The notes under the pieces were generated by a model that was not told the DNA's origin, ran no database searches, and saw only the letters and a list, made by a program, of their open reading frames with translations. Position numbers and translations under genes: made by a program. From NCBI GenBank assembly GCA_030632085.1, contig DAOVJY010000005.1, positions 37,476 through 101,475 of the forward strand: 64,000 nt of DNA, read 5' to 3'. The stretch is from Candidatus Omnitrophota bacterium. GTDB taxonomy: Bacteria; Omnitrophota; Gorgyraeia; JAGLLT01. Shown in pieces: positions 52,356 to 61,325 of this stretch. How positions within the stretch are numbered: the first letter of the stretch is position 1; every line of letters starts with the position of its first letter.

Positions 52356-54114
52356 AGAACAGGTAAACGCTGTAAAATGTAGTAGCAATGTTGCTTTGGA
52401 ATCTTGTCCAGGAAGCGGAAAGACAAGAACCATTGTGGCGAAGCTTTTAGAATGCCTGGATGACGTCAGACAAACTACAAGAATGATTAGTTGTATAACA
52501 TATTTGAACTCAGCTGTAAATGAAATTAATCACAGATTAAGTAGTTGTATAACTCATGAAGAGCTAGAAGATTATTATGAGATAGGAACGATACATTCTT
52601 TTTGCCTGAGGAATATCTTTCGGCTAAATTATTGGAGGATAGATAAGTTTTCAGGAGGGTTTGCGATTATAACGCCAGACGATGATGAGTATAAAGAATT
52701 TGTTAGCAATATTATTGAGAATAATTCTCTCGACCCAAAATCATTCGATGACTTCAGCTTTTTGGTGAGAGAAGGCAAGATTTCGGGTAGGATGTCAGAT
52801 AAAGCCGCAAAAGAGTATTGGGAATATCTAGATGATAATAATTTAGTGGACTTTAACGATATAATATATTATTCAGCATGTCTAATACGGGAGAATGAAT
52901 ATATTATCGCTGGTCTCTCAGCAAAATATGCATGGATTTTAGTAGATGAATTTCAAGATACATCTATCCATCAAAAAGAGATCCTCAAAGCTATTTCAGA
53001 TTATAAAAGGACAAAGTTTTTTATTGTAGGGGATCCCTGTCAATCGATTATGGGTTTTGCTGGAGGAAGTTCGCTCTTAATGAAGCAGTTTTCAAAGGAG
53101 ATAGTTGCAAAGAATGATTTTTCATTAACGGGTAATTTCCGGAGTTCCAGTAGAATAATTAATTGTGCTGAAGAATTGCTTCCTCGTGATCCAAAAATGG
53201 ACGCAGTTGGAGAAAATAAATATTATAATCATAGCCCATTATGGATAAGAGCATGTGATTCCTTTTCTGGAATAGATGAATATTTTCTTCCAGCAATTAA
53301 GGAACATAATATTTCTTTAGGAGAATGCGCAATTTTAGCTCCAAATTTTTATATTTTCTTAAAGTTGGCTCCTAAAATGAGAGAAGCTGGCATATCTATA
53401 CTTGGTCCAGGATCACGCCCATACCGTAGGTCAAATCACATAATAGCTCCTTTAATTGAAGAGGTTTGCTTATTTATAGAAACACAGGACATAAAACAGA
53501 TAAAGATTATCCGATATAAAATTTTGGATGTAATTACTATATGCGAAGATAAAGTGGACAAAGATTTCTTTACGTTAAAAGGTGATATTGCTATCTTAAA
53601 AATATTGAACGCAGCAAAGAACTTAAAGAACAAAAATGTAAATGCTAAGCAATTTATTGTATCTTTTTCAGAAGAAATTGCTTCGTTGTTGCATGAGAGA
53701 GGATTCATAAAAAAAGAGGCCATAAGTCATATAGCGACCTCTGGGAAAGGATTAGTTTCTGATATAGAGGAACATTGTTCTGGCGATCCGTATAGTGGAG
53801 ACAATTTAACTATAGAAGATTTAAGCTTATTTAGTATCAATTCTGAGAGCATTAAATTATTAACCTTGCATAGGGCCAAGGGGAGGGAGTTTGATGCTGT
53901 AGCTGTAATATGCGTTCATGATGGATTGATTCCTTATGGCGCCCCTTATGCTGGTAGCGATGAGGAAAATGAATCAAGGCGCTTATTTTATGTTGGCATG
54001 ACAAGGGCTCGTAAATTGCTAATGTTTTTTACAGAGGTGAGGAACCTTAGGAGTCCTTCTCGTTTTCTGACAGAATTATTCCCAGCTGGTCCACACATAA
54101 TAGCTGACGTCTAA
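52342..54114 (+). CDS. gajB: UvrD/PcrA-like SF1 helicase (GajB-like)
   Basis: Walker A GSGKT, DExQD-type LVDEFQDTS, motif III GDPCQSI, motif VI YVGMTRARK; 14-nt overlap with the OLD nuclease gene. Confidence 0.8.
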   Translation: MKLTREQVNAVKCSSNVALESCPGSGKTRTIVAKLLECLDDVRQTTRMISCITYLNSAVNEINHRLSSCITHEELEDYYEIGTIHSFCLRNIFRLNYWRIDKFSGGFAIITPDDDEYKEFVSNIIENNSLDPKSFDDFSFLVREGKISGRMSDKAAKEYWEYLDDNNLVDFNDIIYYSACLIRENEYIIAGLSAKYAWILVDEFQDTSIHQKEILKAISDYKRTKFFIVGDPCQSIMGFAGGSSLLMKQFSKEIVAKNDFSLTGNFRSSSRIINCAEELLPRDPKMDAVGENKYYNHSPLWIRACDSFSGIDEYFLPAIKEHNISLGECAILAPNFYIFLKLAPKMREAGISILGPGSRPYRRSNHIIAPLIEEVCLFIETQDIKQIKIIRYKILDVITICEDKVDKDFFTLKGDIAILKILNAAKNLKNKNVNAKQFIVSFSEEIASLLHERGFIKKEAISHIATSGKGLVSDIEEHCSGDPYSGDNLTIEDLSLFSINSESIKLLTLHRAKGREFDAVAVICVHDGLIPYGAPYAGSDEENESRRLFYVGMTRARKLLMFFTEVRNLRSPSRFLTELFPAGPHIIADV

Positions 54115-54262
54115 TTATACCCACACAATAAAAACTTGTATATAGAGAGATAATGAGGAAAAAATCTATTTTCCTTGATTTTCTATTCGTATTTATTATA
54201 TATAACCGTCTCTTTTGTTCTCAAAGTGATGATACTAAGAATTCCAGAAGCACAATATCTAA

Positions 54263-54466
54263 CTAACCAACAACATTTTTTTTAACATAAATTTCAAAGA
54301 TACCGTTTCTTAGCCTTGTCCCATGTATTTTTGACTTCGGGATCCAGATTTTCATGCCGTTATCTACCAATATAGCTTTATCAGTCTCATGTAAGATGCG
54401 GACTTGAATCCAGATGTATTTTTCGTCAGGGTATAATAGTCTATAAATGTTGAATGGCCGGGGCAT
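54263..54466 (-). CDS. Small hypothetical protein
   Basis: 67-aa ORF directly downstream of the HTH ORF on the same strand; no recognisable motif. Confidence 0.2.
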   Translation of the reverse strand: MPRPFNIYRLLYPDEKYIWIQVRILHETDKAILVDNGMKIWIPKSKIHGTRLRNGIFEIYVKKNVVG

Positions 54467-54470
54467 AGGG

Positions 54471-54668
54471 TTATCTCCTTTTAAATTGACAGGCTTTTTT
54501 GGCAGTATTCTTGCCTATTTTTAAAGCTTTGGCTATTTGCTTGTAAGTCATTCCCAGTAAATGCAATTCACTTGCTTTTTGGGCTAATTTTTGGTATAAA
54601 TAGATTCGTTGGGCGGGTTGAATCTTGATATGAGCCGATATTTCAGCAATAGTTCGAATTGGTTGCAA
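54471..54668 (-). CDS. Small HTH protein, possibly a transposase N-terminal fragment
   Basis: HTH-like LGMTYKQIAKALKIGKNTAKK; only 65 aa, at the distal edge of the island. Confidence 0.25.
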   Translation of the reverse strand: MQPIRTIAEISAHIKIQPAQRIYLYQKLAQKASELHLLGMTYKQIAKALKIGKNTAKKACQFKRR

Positions 54669-54696
54669 CCGCGTCCGCCATTATAGCAAAGAGCCC

Positions 54697-54724
54697 GTAG
54701 TGTAGAGCGTAGGGCAAAGATAGA
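54697..54724. repeat. Copy of dispersed TAGAGCG-core repeat
   Basis: GTAGTGTAGAGCGTAGGGCAAAGATAG followed by CCAAAAAAAGGATTTTAAGGGAAAAGAT; about 70-75% identical to 56738-56830. Confidence 0.45.
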
Positions 54725-54855
54725 TTGCGCAGGGACGAGAACCCAAAAAAAGGATTTTAAGGGAAAAGATTGCTCCCTCTCCTCAGGGGTTTAGGCTTCT
54801 ACTTTAAGGTAATTAAATAGCGCGTTCCTCGATTTTTTGCAAAAATAGGAGGTGC

Positions 54856-55308
54856 TTGATGAAGCAGTTTTTTAAATGTGCGATAGGCGCAAGTGTGGTT
54901 TTATTTATGTTAATTTCCGGGGTATGTGCCCAAGATCAAAACCCGATTGCGATTTTCTACGGCGGCTTAGCTGATATTATTCAAGAAAACATGAATTCAC
55001 CGCAGCAATGTGTTGCTGAAGCTGAGAGTTTTATTGATGTTAATATCGGCCCTCTCCAGAGAGCTATGCAGCGGGGCGCGCAGATGTCTCGATCCGACAG
55101 CCACAAGCAAATGGATGAAAGTCAATTCCAAGCCTCTCTGGAACAAATGGGCAAGTTGATGTCCCAAGACGGCGGAATACAAGCCATGAATAGGTATGTG
55201 GACGCCATTACTATTTTTGGAGACAAGTACCCTGAGTACGCAGAACAAATTATGATTAAACTAAACAGCCATAGCCAAGAACAATTTCAGGGATTTAAGG
55301 ATTATTAG
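54856..55308 (+). CDS. Secreted hypothetical protein
   Basis: Signal peptide MMKQFFKCAIGASVVLFMLISGVCA; Gln/Met-rich; no family recognised. Confidence 0.4.
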   Translation: MMKQFFKCAIGASVVLFMLISGVCAQDQNPIAIFYGGLADIIQENMNSPQQCVAEAESFIDVNIGPLQRAMQRGAQMSRSDSHKQMDESQFQASLEQMGKLMSQDGGIQAMNRYVDAITIFGDKYPEYAEQIMIKLNSHSQEQFQGFKDY

Positions 55309-55360
55309 CCAGGGTAAATATAGGGATACAATGCTTAATCATCCAACAACGCTTTCCTAA

Positions 55361-56338
55361 ATGAGACCTGAAGAAAGGATTGATAGTATGTACAGACCGG
55401 AAATAAAAGCATTAGATTGCACCATCAGGGACGGAGGCCTCATTAATAATCACAACTTTGACCATAAATTCGTCAAAGAAGTTTATAAAGCTATTTCCGC
55501 TTCAGGGGTAGATTATATTGAATTAGGCTACAAGAATTCTAAAGAGCTTTTTTCGTCCAATGAATACGGTTATTGGAAGTTCTGTGAAGATGACGAAATT
55601 AAAAAGATTAAAGAAGGAGTTGAGTCAGATACAAAAGTAGCAGTTATGGTAGATGTTGGCCGAGTTAAATTGGATGACGTAAAACCGGCCTCCGAAAGCC
55701 CGGTTGATATGATCAGAACAGCTACTTATGTTAAGGATATTGATAAAGCCATATTTATGGCTAATCATTTTTATGAAAAAGGGTACGAGACTACACTTAA
55801 TATTATGGCTATTTCTCGTGATAGCGGTCCCGAGCTGACAGATGCCCTGGAACAGATAGAACGAGAAAGTAATGTAATAGCTGTGTATATAGTTGATAGT
55901 TTTGGTGCCTTGTATCAGGAAACAACCGAAGAGTTAGTGAAAAGATATAAAAAAATCCTTAAGAACAAGGAAGTCGGCTTTCATGGGCACAACAACCAGC
56001 AACTTGGTTTTGGTAATACCATCGAAGCCATCATTCATGGAGCGAACTATCTTGATGCCACAGTTTACGGCATAGGGCGCGCTGCCGGCAATTGTCCGCT
56101 AGAACTATTGGTTGGTTTTCTTAAAAATCCCAAATTTGATATACGGCCTATTTTAGACTTAATTGCAAAAGAGTTTATTCCTTTAAGAGAAAAGCTGGAA
56201 TGGGGATATATTATTCCTTATGCTATTTCAGGTATGATGGGCGAACACCCAAGGGCCGCTATGGCTCTTCGAAAAAGCGACAAGAAAGAAAATTACCGCG
56301 AGTTTTATGAAAGCCTGACTAATACAGGGCTAGACTAA
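55361..56338 (+). CDS. HMGL-like/DRE-TIM aldolase-family protein
   Basis: N-terminal LDCTIRDGG resembles the TxRDG motif of pyruvate-carboxyltransferase/HMGL-like TIM barrels; likely start MYRPE at 55388. Confidence 0.45.
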   Translation: MRPEERIDSMYRPEIKALDCTIRDGGLINNHNFDHKFVKEVYKAISASGVDYIELGYKNSKELFSSNEYGYWKFCEDDEIKKIKEGVESDTKVAVMVDVGRVKLDDVKPASESPVDMIRTATYVKDIDKAIFMANHFYEKGYETTLNIMAISRDSGPELTDALEQIERESNVIAVYIVDSFGALYQETTEELVKRYKKILKNKEVGFHGHNNQQLGFGNTIEAIIHGANYLDATVYGIGRAAGNCPLELLVGFLKNPKFDIRPILDLIAKEFIPLREKLEWGYIIPYAISGMMGEHPRAAMALRKSDKKENYREFYESLTNTGLD

Positions 56339-56340
56339 CC

Positions 56341-56532
56341 ATGGATATAAATCAGTTCAAGCAACTTCCTATCATGGGAATATTGCGCGGAATTGATGAA
56401 GAATCTATTACTCCCCCTACCGAAAGCATTATTTCTTCAGGCCTCAAGACGGTTGAAATCACAATGAACACTACTGGCGCTGCATCTTTAATTAAAAAGA
56501 TGGACGAGTTCGAGATCCAATTTGCTTGTTAA
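56341..56532 (+). pseudogene. Truncated KDPG/KHG aldolase (Eda-like) N-terminal fragment
   Basis: LPIMGILRG...TVEITMNT matches Eda N-terminus; ORF ends after 63 aa where the tRNA leader repeat begins. Confidence 0.45.
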
Positions 56533-56607
56533 AATTGTACGTAAAATATCTCTCACCTACTTTTGATAGGTTCGAGATCCAATTTGTTTGTTAAAATTGT
56601 ACAAATT
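56511..56607 (+). repeat. Second copy of the tandem tRNA leader repeat
   Basis: GTTCGAGATCCAATTTGCTTGTTAAAATTGTAC occurs twice, matching 37171-37294. Confidence 0.5.
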
Positions 56608-56695
56608 GGAGAGATGGCAGAGCGGTTGAATGCGGCGCATTCGAAATGCGTTGTGCCGAAAGGTACCGGGGGTTCGAATCCTCCTCTCTCCGCCA
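56608..56695 (+). tRNA. tRNA-Ser (anticodon CGA)
   Basis: Acceptor GGAGAGA/TCTCTCC, anticodon loop TTCGAAA, long variable arm, T-loop TTCGAAT, ends GCCA. Confidence 0.85.
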
Positions 56696-56737
56696 CCGTA
56701 CCACGTAGGGTACGGTGCGCGCATTGTAACAAAGAAC

Positions 56738-56763
56738 GTACAGTATAGAGCGTAAGATAAAAG
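56738..56763. repeat. Copy of dispersed TAGAGCG-core repeat downstream of tRNA-Ser(CGA)
   Basis: GTACAGTATAGAGCGTAAGATAAAAG ... CCAAAAAAAGGGCTTTAGGGGAAAAGAT, homologous to 54697-54790. Confidence 0.45.
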
Positions 56764-57286
56764 TAGAATGTTTTGGGATGAGAATCCAAAAAAAGGGCTT
56801 TAGGGGAAAAGATAATTTTCCCTTATTGGCGAAGTTTACTTTTTCAGCGGGAGGAAAGAAAGTATTAAAAGGAGGCAATTAAAATGAAAAGATATGGTTG
56901 GATGATTGGATGAACTGTAATTTTCAGTGCAGGCATGATGATGGCAATAGAATATGTTCCTGAGAATGTTTGGCAACAGGTTGTACAAACGTTGAATTTT
57001 ACAAATACATTGTTGCTTGTTTCAGTAGTGTTGCAAGCTGGGATTTTAGCGAACTTAAAAAACTAAAACTATATATCTGTAGGAGAAAAAAACTTTTTAG
57101 GGCTTGGAGAAAACATGAATGTTTATTTTGAAACTGATGAGGGAAAAATTTTAATAAGAGATTACATGCAGGCATTTCCTATAATCCAAGTAAAGGGCGT
57201 AACGTTTATTATATCGATAGTTGCATCAATTTTTGTTTCAATAGGTATTGTTTTATTTTTTCACGTTTTGTAGATAAATAGTTTTT

Positions 57287-57320
57287 GTGTCCACACAACA
57301 CCAAAACAACGGCAAACAAA
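57287..57320. repeat. Left copy of ~33-bp direct repeat flanking the HTH/ImmA module
   Basis: GTGTCCACACAACACCAAAACAACGGCAAACAA versus right copy GTGCCCACACAACCAAAACAACGGCAAACAA. Confidence 0.5.
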
Positions 57321-57444
57321 ACATCTGACCGGTCTATTTGCTTGACATTATTTGTTACATTGTGTATGGTTATTATATACGTTGTAACAATTATACAACA
57401 TATGGGTATTTTCTAAAAACAAAAAGGGTAGGGGGTGAGCTATT

Positions 57445-57819
57445 ATGGCGAAGGAATCTTTTGGAGATTTGCTAAGGAAACTAAGACTAAAAAAGGGATA
57501 TGGGTTAAGGTCGTTTGCAAAGAAAATCAACTGGCTTCCATCTAATCTCAGCCATTTGGAAACTGGAAGAATTAATCCTCCGAGAGACAAAAAAATGCTG
57601 TATCATATTGCAAAAGCACTTGATCTTAAAAAGGGTTCTAAAGAGCAGAATCGCTTCTTTGACCTTGCGGTGGATGATGTGCCAGATCGACTGCCTGCTG
57701 ACATAACAGAGTATGTGAATGAACACTCTTTAGCTCCTGTTATGCTAAGAACAGTCGCTAATAAGAAGCTTACAAAATTTCAGATTCAAAGATTGATTAA
57801 AGATATAAAAAATATGTAG
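57445..57819 (+). CDS. XRE-family HTH regulator (ImmR-like)
   Basis: HTH LRSFAKKINWLPSNLSHLETGR; preceded by TTGACA-17-TATGGT promoter overlapping a GTTACA...TGTAAC palindrome. Confidence 0.7.
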   Translation: MAKESFGDLLRKLRLKKGYGLRSFAKKINWLPSNLSHLETGRINPPRDKKMLYHIAKALDLKKGSKEQNRFFDLAVDDVPDRLPADITEYVNEHSLAPVMLRTVANKKLTKFQIQRLIKDIKNM

Positions 57820-57820
57820 A

Positions 57821-58423
57821 ATGAAAAAATCTAAAATTCAAATCTATGATGTCCTTACCTTAGAAGAAATCGCAAAGGCTTTTCTAGATAAATATGATAA
57901 CTCAGACAGTCTTGAAGTTGATATAGAATATATCATTGAAAACAAGTTAGAATGGAAAATCATAGGTGTTTCTTTCTTAAGGGAAAAGTATTGTATTGAA
58001 GCATATTTTAATAAAAATAAAGAACTCTATGTTGATTCATTCCTTATGGATTCTAGGGAAAGGAGATATCGTTTTACTTTAGCTGAAGAAGTGGCCCATC
58101 ATATAATTCATCGTGATATATATGCACAGTGTGCTAATTTGGAGGAGCATCTCGAAATATATGGTAAAATAACAGCAAATGAATATCACAGCATGGAAAG
58201 AAATGCTAAGTATTTAGCTTCAGCAATAATTATGCCTAGTATTTCATTTGAAAAACAAGCAATAAAAATTTGTAAAAAAATTAATAAGAAAGAATATGAA
58301 ACTAATCAGGAAGTATTGTATAAAATAGCATTAACTTTATCAAATGATTTTAATGTAAGTGATGAGGCTGCAAGAATAAGATTTATAAAATTAGGATTGC
58401 AGCAAAAACTAATAACCCTATAA
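57821..58423 (+). CDS. ImmA/IrrE-family zinc metallopeptidase
   Basis: HExxH motif (EEVAHHIIH) in a ~200-aa protein directly downstream of an XRE regulator. Confidence 0.65.
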   Translation: MKKSKIQIYDVLTLEEIAKAFLDKYDNSDSLEVDIEYIIENKLEWKIIGVSFLREKYCIEAYFNKNKELYVDSFLMDSRERRYRFTLAEEVAHHIIHRDIYAQCANLEEHLEIYGKITANEYHSMERNAKYLASAIIMPSISFEKQAIKICKKINKKEYETNQEVLYKIALTLSNDFNVSDEAARIRFIKLGLQQKLITL

Positions 58424-58445
58424 ATTATAATTTTGTGCCCAAATT

Positions 58446-58479
58446 GTGCCCACACAACCAAAACAACGGCAAACAAGCC
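58446..58479. repeat. Right copy of direct repeat flanking the HTH/ImmA module
   Basis: See 57287-57320. Confidence 0.5.
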
Positions 58480-58589
58480 TATTTTTGTAAATTGTAATCA
58501 CAAGCGCGGCTGCGTAATCTGTTCGAGGCGAAGCCTCGAACAAAATACATAAAAAAATAAAAAGCTTACAGCTATCAGCTTTCAGCAAA

Positions 58590-58629
58590 GATAGCGTTTA
58601 GCATAGAGCGCGTAGCGGATAGGAAAAGC
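58590..58629. repeat. Copy of dispersed repeat core with flanking CAGCTATCAGCTTTCAG
   Basis: GATAGCGTTTAGCATAGAGCGCGTAGCGGATAGGAAAAGCAAAAAAACAAG matches the reverse complement of 17900-17955 inside the giant gene. Confidence 0.5.
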
Positions 58630-58719
58630 AAAAAAACAAGAAATAAGAAACAAGTCACAAATCGGAAAACAAAAGAACATATCCGAAACGCGGCGGTTCA
58701 GATACAGGCCAAAGAAGAA

Positions 58720-59364
58720 ATGAAAAAAACGGTCGCTGTCCCTATTAAAACTAAAAAAATGAAAGTTTTATTTCTCACAATCCTAATTGGCCTGGTACCT
58801 TTGATTGTTTTGGCTGAGCAGCCCGATATTACAACTCAGGTTGGCCCTGAACGTTCAGAAGAAACTGAAAAGCCTGAGGGCTCAGACTTAAGCATGGAGC
58901 AAATAATGCAAGAATTAGAACGAGTAAAAGAACAATTAAAAAATGTTGGAAAGACACATGACCAATTAGAAATTGACCGCCGGAAATTAGGACGACTTAT
59001 CATAGATAACAATGAGTTTTTCACTCTCAGGGTAATGGAGAATATCGCCACAGCCTGTAAATTGTTTCGCGCGGATCAAGAACTGCAAACTTTTCCCAGA
59101 AGATTTAGAGATTTAGAAGATTATGTTTCCGAGGACATAATCAATGCTACCAATTCCTCCAAAGCTATCCACGGGTATTATTATCAATATAATTTTATAA
59201 ATAAAGATAGATTTAGGCTAAAGGCCATTCCCGCTACTAAAGGTAAAACGGGAGAGAGGACATTTGTTTTTGATGACGCGGGCGGCATTATCAACGAGGA
59301 GACAGGCAGACCCGTAAGTCTAAAGAAAGAGAAAGACAAACAAAAATCAGGAGGAACAAAATGA
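58720..59364 (+). CDS. Secreted hypothetical protein
   Basis: Signal peptide/TM (VLFLTILIGLVPLIVLA); no family recognised. Confidence 0.4.
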   Translation: MKKTVAVPIKTKKMKVLFLTILIGLVPLIVLAEQPDITTQVGPERSEETEKPEGSDLSMEQIMQELERVKEQLKNVGKTHDQLEIDRRKLGRLIIDNNEFFTLRVMENIATACKLFRADQELQTFPRRFRDLEDYVSEDIINATNSSKAIHGYYYQYNFINKDRFRLKAIPATKGKTGERTFVFDDAGGIINEETGRPVSLKKEKDKQKSGGTK

Positions 59365-60065
59365 AAAATATTGTAATTTTATTAATGCTTGTTTGTTTTT
59401 TTGCTGTAACTGTTTCTGCCGGTGAGTATTCAAAAAATTACACCTTTGTCCATAATTTAATTAGTTGCTTGGATAGGTTAGAATTAGCTGCCCAGCGTAG
59501 CATTGAGGATGTAGAATATGAATCGATATCACCAAATCTTTATAAGCAGATATGTTACTTAAGAGATGCAAAGATATTTATGAAGGCAGGGTTAAAGAAC
59601 AGAAAAAAGGCGATTAAGGCCACTGCTATGGGGATGTATGTGGATATTTCTGAAATAGAAGGCGCTTGTAAGAATTTAGTAAATGTTTTAAGTGAACCGA
59701 CGCCGGAGAATATGCCGGAAATATCCGGATATTCTTCACAGATAGGGGCGGCGTGGAATAAAATTTTCCAAACCAGTAGTCTCGCTCTTTGGGTTATTGC
59801 CAAGCCCGCGAAATCTAAAAATCCTAAAGGAAAAATTCGCTTTATTATCTCCAAAAAAGAACGACAAGAGCTGCTTAGATATCTTAATGAAAGATTTGGA
59901 AAAAAGTTTAAGGAATATGACAAATTATTGAGTCAAAAAAATAAAGGCGTAATTGATGAATTTAAACTTACAATTCCTGTTTGGTCGGCATTACATTTGC
60001 GCTCGCTCTTAACTCAAGAAACATATGAACAAGCCGCGGAAAAGAGCAGATACGAAACCCCTTGA
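59361..60065 (+). CDS. Secreted hypothetical protein
   Basis: Signal peptide (IVILLMLVCFFAVTVSA); 4-nt overlap with upstream gene. Confidence 0.4.
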   Translation: MKNIVILLMLVCFFAVTVSAGEYSKNYTFVHNLISCLDRLELAAQRSIEDVEYESISPNLYKQICYLRDAKIFMKAGLKNRKKAIKATAMGMYVDISEIEGACKNLVNVLSEPTPENMPEISGYSSQIGAAWNKIFQTSSLALWVIAKPAKSKNPKGKIRFIISKKERQELLRYLNERFGKKFKEYDKLLSQKNKGVIDEFKLTIPVWSALHLRSLLTQETYEQAAEKSRYETP

Positions 60066-60169
60066 CACTGCTGAAGGCGGGCTTCGCTTGACAAAGTTTA
60101 TTGTATATGCTATAACTATAACATATACTAAAAATATAGTGGTGAGCTAACTCATCAACAAAAAATTAA

Positions 60170-60391
60170 ATGGAGAATGGGATGTTGATTTCTTCACAGG
60201 AGATTGTTGAAAAACATAATATTTCGTATCAGACGCTAAATTACTATACAGGCCTTGGCTTTTTGGTAGTGAGAAAGAGAAGGGGTAACGGAAGGCTGTA
60301 TAATCAGGGAGAGGTTGAAAAAAATTTAAAGAGAATTGCAGAATTAAAAGATCAAGGCTATCCCTTGAGACTTATCTGTAAGATGCTGTAA
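60170..60391 (+). CDS. Small MerR-type HTH DNA-binding protein
   Basis: HNISYQTLNYYTGLGFL matches the MerR-family HTH pattern. Confidence 0.55.
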   Translation: MENGMLISSQEIVEKHNISYQTLNYYTGLGFLVVRKRRGNGRLYNQGEVEKNLKRIAELKDQGYPLRLICKML

Positions 60392-60458
60392 AGGGCGGCT
60401 GTTACAAAAAAAGCAATGCGTAAAATATAACATTTTTGCGGGGAGCAATAATTGAGAG

Positions 60459-61325
60459 ATGAGTTACTATAAAGTATTGGGTTTAGAAAGAGAGCCTTTT
60501 TCCACTAGTCCAGACCCGGATTTTTTCTATAAATCGCTGGAGCATAAGACCGCTTTGACTAACATATTGATAGAGATTAGATTAAGGCGGGGATTAAGTA
60601 TTATCCTGGGAGATGTGGGGACCGGCAAAACCACTCTCAGTAGAAAACTTTTCCAGCTCTTGGCTTCCCGGCAAGACATTGAGTTCTATATGGTTCTCGA
60701 CCCCAGCTATGATACAGAATATCTGTTTTTATTATCGCTGCTCAAAACATTTGGTATTGGAATTGACATCGCCAACCCTACCATCCTCGACCTTAAAGAA
60801 GAACTCAAGCGATTCCTTTTTCAAAAAGGGGTCAATGAGAATAAAACCGTCGTTTTGCTTATTGATGAAGCCCAGAAGCTCAACCCGATGTCCCTGGAGG
60901 CATTGCGCATACTTTTAAACTACGAAACCAATGAGTTTAAATTACTTCAATTGGTGCTTCTGGGACAGATGGAAGTTCTCCCCCACCTCATCAACACCAA
61001 AAATCTGATGGATAGGGTTAGTTTAAAATATACACTGGGGCCATTTAATAATGAAGAAGAGACTAGAGAAATGATTGAATTTCGCATAAGGCAGGCCGGT
61101 TATAATGGCAGGGAGAAATTGTTTCTAAGGGAGGCTTTTAAAGAAATACACAAACATACTAAAGGTTATCCGCGCCGCATCGCTTTTGTTTGCCACAAAG
61201 CCCTAAAGAGCCTGGTAATGAAAAATAAACCAGTTGTAAACACTGAAATCATAAAAGAAATTATTAATTCCGAGGCAAAATTAGGATGGCAAAAAGAAGA
61301 ATTACTCCTGAAGAACAACTATTAA
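60459..61325 (+). CDS. ExeA/GspA-like AAA ATPase (type II secretion / MSHA-pilus biogenesis type)
   Basis: N-terminal EREPFSTSPDPDFFYKS...H followed by Walker A GDVGTGKTT, as in ExeA/MshM proteins. Confidence 0.7.
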   Translation: MSYYKVLGLEREPFSTSPDPDFFYKSLEHKTALTNILIEIRLRRGLSIILGDVGTGKTTLSRKLFQLLASRQDIEFYMVLDPSYDTEYLFLLSLLKTFGIGIDIANPTILDLKEELKRFLFQKGVNENKTVVLLIDEAQKLNPMSLEALRILLNYETNEFKLLQLVLLGQMEVLPHLINTKNLMDRVSLKYTLGPFNNEEETREMIEFRIRQAGYNGREKLFLREAFKEIHKHTKGYPRRIAFVCHKALKSLVMKNKPVVNTEIIKEIINSEAKLGWQKEELLLKNNY

